The notes beneath the pieces were generated by a model, which saw nothing but the letters and a program-made list of their open reading frames with translations, was not told the DNA's origin and made no database searches. Below, in pieces: positions 60,668 to 64,000 of a stretch of 64,000 bases of DNA. How positions within the stretch are numbered: position 1 is the stretch's first letter; each line of letters opens with the position of its first letter. This DNA comes from Selaginella moellendorffii. Its lineage: Eukaryota; Plantae; Lycopodiophyta. Location: the NCBI RefSeq assembly GCF_000143415.4, contig NW_003314438.1, forward strand, positions 83,934 through 147,933, read 5' to 3'. The position numbers and the translations under genes were made by a program.

Positions 60668-62242
60668 TCAGCCAAACAGGGAACCAACAACACCACCGAC
60701 GACTTTCTCAGTGCCCTTGGTAACTCCAGTAACCACAGTTCCCGTTCCGCTAACAACAGAACCCACAAGACCACCACTACCAGTAGCTGGTTTGGAAGCA
60801 GCGGCTGGTTTGGAAGGAGCCGAGCCACTGATCACGCCCCTGACGTTGAAAATGGACACACCTTCGTAAACACCACCGATCTCGTCCTCCACTTTCGTGT
60901 CAATGCCGTCGAGTCGAGTAGCTTTGGTGGAGTACGTGAAGGGAACTCTGCATTTTCCCCTGGTACACTCCACTGCCACCTTGGCCTGGAGCAAGAAAGA
61001 AAAGGGAAAAGAATCAAATTGAATGAGCCTGAGGCTTGAAAACTTTCTCACCTCTCCTCCGGGAGGCACGTCTTTGATGAGATAGCCAGACTGGAATGTA
61101 AGCAGGTTGGTCATCTCCTTTCCGAGCTCGGTCTCGGTGGTTTTCTCCACCCCGACTGTGACGGTGGCTTCTACGGAGGCGATCTCGGGGATTCCAGCGC
61201 TCACGGTCAGGCTGGTTTCCAGTCCCACCGTCTGGGACGTCATCCAGCGGTTGCTCGTTGATACGGACTCGGTGAAGCTGACTTGAACCTGGAGGTCGGC
61301 GTTCTGGCCACCGTTGTTCACCACCGAGCCTTGGCCGACGACCAGAGGACGGATATCGGTCACCTCCGCAAGCCCGAGAAGGTACTTCACGTTGAAGATG
61401 TGCTTGTTGCTGGTTCCATCATAGACGGTGAAGTGTGTCGCGGCGTTGTCGACGCTCGAGGAGACGGCCTTGAGCTTGTTTTCGTTGTCGCTACGAAGGA
61501 CAAAGAGGCCCGAGTCGTATCCGACGCAGCGGATGGTGATCATGTTCTTACTCACTCTGGATGCGTTGAAGTGGCAGAAACGATCCTCGAGAGCGGCTTC
61601 TTTCTTTGTGTCTGCGATGATCCAGTCATCGTTGTCAGTGTCCCGGCGCCAGAAGAGCTTGCTGGTAACGCTCTGGAAGATAAAGTTCCCGTCCACAAGT
61701 GGCGTGGCCTGGAAAGCTCCCTCGAGCTCGCGGCTGTCCATGTTGCACCGCAACGACTTATCTCCCGAAGAGGCGGATAGAAACTTGCCGTTGTTGGCCT
61801 TGAGCATTAAGAAAGTCGGGAAATTGAGAGCAAGGCTTTCGGCGTTCTGCACTTCGGCCGCTGGGAAAACGTCGAGACCGTCGATTGTGGACTTGATAAC
61901 GATCTTGTTCTTGGCATCGGGAGCTTCGACGATCTGGAAATGATAAGTTTTGTCGCTTGGATCCTTGGGCTCTTCATGGTCTGACGGAATTGTTCCTGGC
62001 GAGGAATTGTCGTAAAATCTCCTCCAATAGCGGCCATTTGGAGCACGGATCATCACCGTCGAATCCGAGTTGTCTTTGGAGTTGTAGAGGGCTTCATATG
62101 TTGAAAGACGGGTTCTCTCCTTGGAGGAGAAGAAGTTGAAAGGGAGGTAGTTCAAAACAGCACTCAGTGTCAGGTAGTTCCCTTCGGCATTCTTCAGCGT
62201 GAAGTAGTGGGGGAGCCTCACTGGTTTGGTGTTGGACGTCAT
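60668..62242 (-). CDS. Agglutinin (amaranthin/beta-trefoil-like) + aerolysin/natterin-type pore-forming protein
   Basis: Two similar N-terminal modules (FTLKNAEGNYL...IRAPNGRYWRR and LMLKANNGKFL...FQSVTSKLFWRR). C-terminal Ser/Thr-rich alternating insertion loop with AGIP, then CRVPFTY...GGVYEGV. In-frame 66-nt intron at 60986-61051. Confidence 0.82.
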   Translation of the reverse strand: MTSNTKPVRLPHYFTLKNAEGNYLTLSAVLNYLPFNFFSSKERTRLSTYEALYNSKDNSDSTVMIRAPNGRYWRRFYDNSSPGTIPSDHEEPKDPSDKTYHFQIVEAPDAKNKIVIKSTIDGLDVFPAAEVQNAESLALNFPTFLMLKANNGKFLSASSGDKSLRCNMDSRELEGAFQATPLVDGNFIFQSVTSKLFWRRDTDNDDWIIADTKKEAALEDRFCHFNASRVSKNMITIRCVGYDSGLFVLRSDNENKLKAVSSSVDNAATHFTVYDGTSNKHIFNVKYLLGLAEVTDIRPLVVGQGSVVNNGGQNADLQVQVSFTESVSTSNRWMTSQTVGLETSLTVSAGIPEIASVEATVTVGVEKTTETELGKEMTNLLTFQSGYLIKDVPPGGEVRKFSSLRLIQFDSFPFSFLLQAKVAVECTRGKCRVPFTYSTKATRLDGIDTKVEDEIGGVYEGVSIFNVRGVISGSAPSKPAAASKPATGSGGLVGSVVSGTGTVVTGVTKGTEKVVGGVVGSLFG

Positions 62243-62605
62243 CCCTCCTTGTGATCTGCAAACCGAGAAAATTGTTACCGAGAGCAAAGCATAAGAGCAA
62301 TGCATGGAGCAACTTACAACTTGCAATGCAATAGGATGATGTTGTATGAAGACTCGCAGCTAATATTTATACAGCGGCAGAAGCATCTTGAACCACAAGC
62401 GCAAAAGGCGATAATTCTCAAATAGCAACAAAACGTCAATATTGGTTGTACTAGAAGGATCGCAAAGAAAAACGCAGAATCGTACCGTCAACTTTAGATG
62501 AATGATACATAACACCTTCTCAGAGTAGTAAATTCCCTCAAAGGTCATCCTCTACAGATTCACACTGTAAGAACATCATAAACACTTGCTTACTTGGTCG
62601 AGCTC

Positions 62606-64000
62606 TCAGCTTGTAATTTGAGTCCACGGTCTGCCATCTACCATCTTGGTCGCCAGTCCCTTCGGCAGCTTCACAGTTTCTCCCTGCTTGAGGATCATAA
62701 CCAGATTGTTGGGATCGGCTAGAACACCGATATCTGCTATTGGATTCTTGTCTAGCACCAGCAAATCTGCGTAAGCTCCCTCTGCCACGCAGCCAATCTG
62801 GCCATCCATGTTGAAGAGCTGCGCACAGGTACTTGTCGCAGACTTAAGAATCGCTATAGGAGACTGCACGCGTGATCGTAGAGAAAACTCTTCGAGTTGA
62901 TGGTCGTGCATCGAACCAAGCAAGTCCGTCCCAAAACAAATATTCACACCTCGTTGGTCTGCTAGTGCCACCACGTCTAGTCCTCTCTCTAGCAAGTCCC
63001 CTACCTGCAGGCCCAGTAAGTAGAAAGAACGAAAAGTTATCCTTCTATCACCTTTGCAACAAGCTCCGGGGCCATACCGGACGCTTCACCCTGGCGACGA
63101 ATTTGATGGTATGTCACAAGAGTTGGTACTAGAAATGCACCTTTCACCTTCATCAAATCTAAGCATTCCGTGTCAGCGAGCTGCATAAAACCAGTTAGAT
63201 TTTAAGTCGTTGCAAAACCAAGATAAAAGGACTCACGTTTCCATGCTCTATGCTACGGACCCCAAGCTCTAGCGCTCTCTTTACAGCTGTAGCGGTGTAG
63301 GCGTGCGCGCATACGTACTTGCCGCAATGCGTAGCCTCTTCTACAATGGCAGAGATTTCTTCAGCTGAAAACTGTGAAACAAAGTCATTTGGTGCGCAAA
63401 ACCAACTAGAGAAGCATTACCTGCAAACTAGTAAGATGATCAGTTGGTGAAGAGACACCGCCAGACGCCATGATTTTGATATGATAAGCGCCTTTTCGAA
63501 GTTCATCTCGAGCAGCTTTACGAGCTTCAGCGACGCCATCGCATACCCGACCAAGGGCTAAGGAGCCCGAGCACGAGCAAATGTCGTCTTCTCCCGCCAG
63601 TCGCATATCTCCGTGACCTCCTGTTTGTGAGAGCGCATGGCCACCAAAAAGGATCCTCGGGCCAAGAATTGTTCCTTCTTCCACTGCCTGTTTGAAGATG
63701 ATTGGTATCAAGACGTGTAGATCTGGAGCAATAGCATCTTCTTTCAAAAACATGAACAGGCCATAGAATGAACCTGACAACCAAATGCAGCTTCTCTGAG
63801 ATGCATGGCTAGAATAAGTTGGAGACATACCTTTGCAAGTCCCCAGTCGCAGCCGCCAACGTCTCTCACAGTCGTAAAACCCCGCATCAGCATGTTTTGC
63901 AACACCTTGGTCGCCCTCGCAGTGATAAGAGAAGCCGGAATACTTGACATATCATGCAAGTTCGCGCTTATAGCCGTGACATGGACGTGAGCGTCACAAA
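62606..64000 (-). CDS. Metal-dependent amidohydrolase (Xaa-Pro dipeptidase/prolidase-like), multi-exon, 5' part beyond the window
   Basis: DAHVH, GFTTVRDVGG, ALSQTGGHGD, IKIMASGGVSSP, VCAHAY, IEHGNL, FGTDLLG, ADLLVLDKNP. Confidence 0.9.

Noticed and set aside
1-64000. tRNA, rRNA or other structural RNA genes
   Set aside because: None recognised by eye. A tRNAscan-SE/Infernal run would be needed to exclude them.

Overview
Eukaryotic land-plant nuclear DNA. Short GT-AG introns (about 45-70 nt), very tight gene spacing, TTTAGGG/telo-box motifs and many PLS-type PPR genes point to a lycophyte such as Selaginella; this is an inference and was not confirmed by a search. The left ~39 kb is repeat-rich. 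Bases 1-9.35 kb hold 1.5 tandem copies of an unusual element. Its multi-exon gene (about 1,600 aa when reconstructed) appears to fuse a ParB/Srx-like domain, a degenerate beta-class N4/N6 DNA-methyltransferase-like fold, an acidic tract and an FCP1/NIF HAD phosphatase. The element carries 14 or more copies of a 22-bp palindrome, ATGGCRTG-N6-CAYGCCAT, many inside its own introns; this is the best candidate for an undescribed system. Next come AT-rich retroelement relics, a duplicated and decaying PPR cluster with a Fic-domain pseudogene, and a young full-length Ty3/gypsy element (174-bp LTRs, 4-bp TSD, gag-pol -1 frameshift cassette with pseudoknot) beside an old inverted relic of the same family. 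The right ~23 kb is gene-dense: IMP3, an NSUN/RsmB m5C methyltransferase, MORN-PIP5K, SOSEKI, an alpha/beta hydrolase, a TLC-domain protein, a PNP/bark-storage protein, a SAM methyltransferase, an AGP-like membrane protein, an agglutinin-aerolysin (natterin-like) protein and a prolidase-like amidohydrolase cut off by the window edge. All domain calls come from reading motifs by eye.
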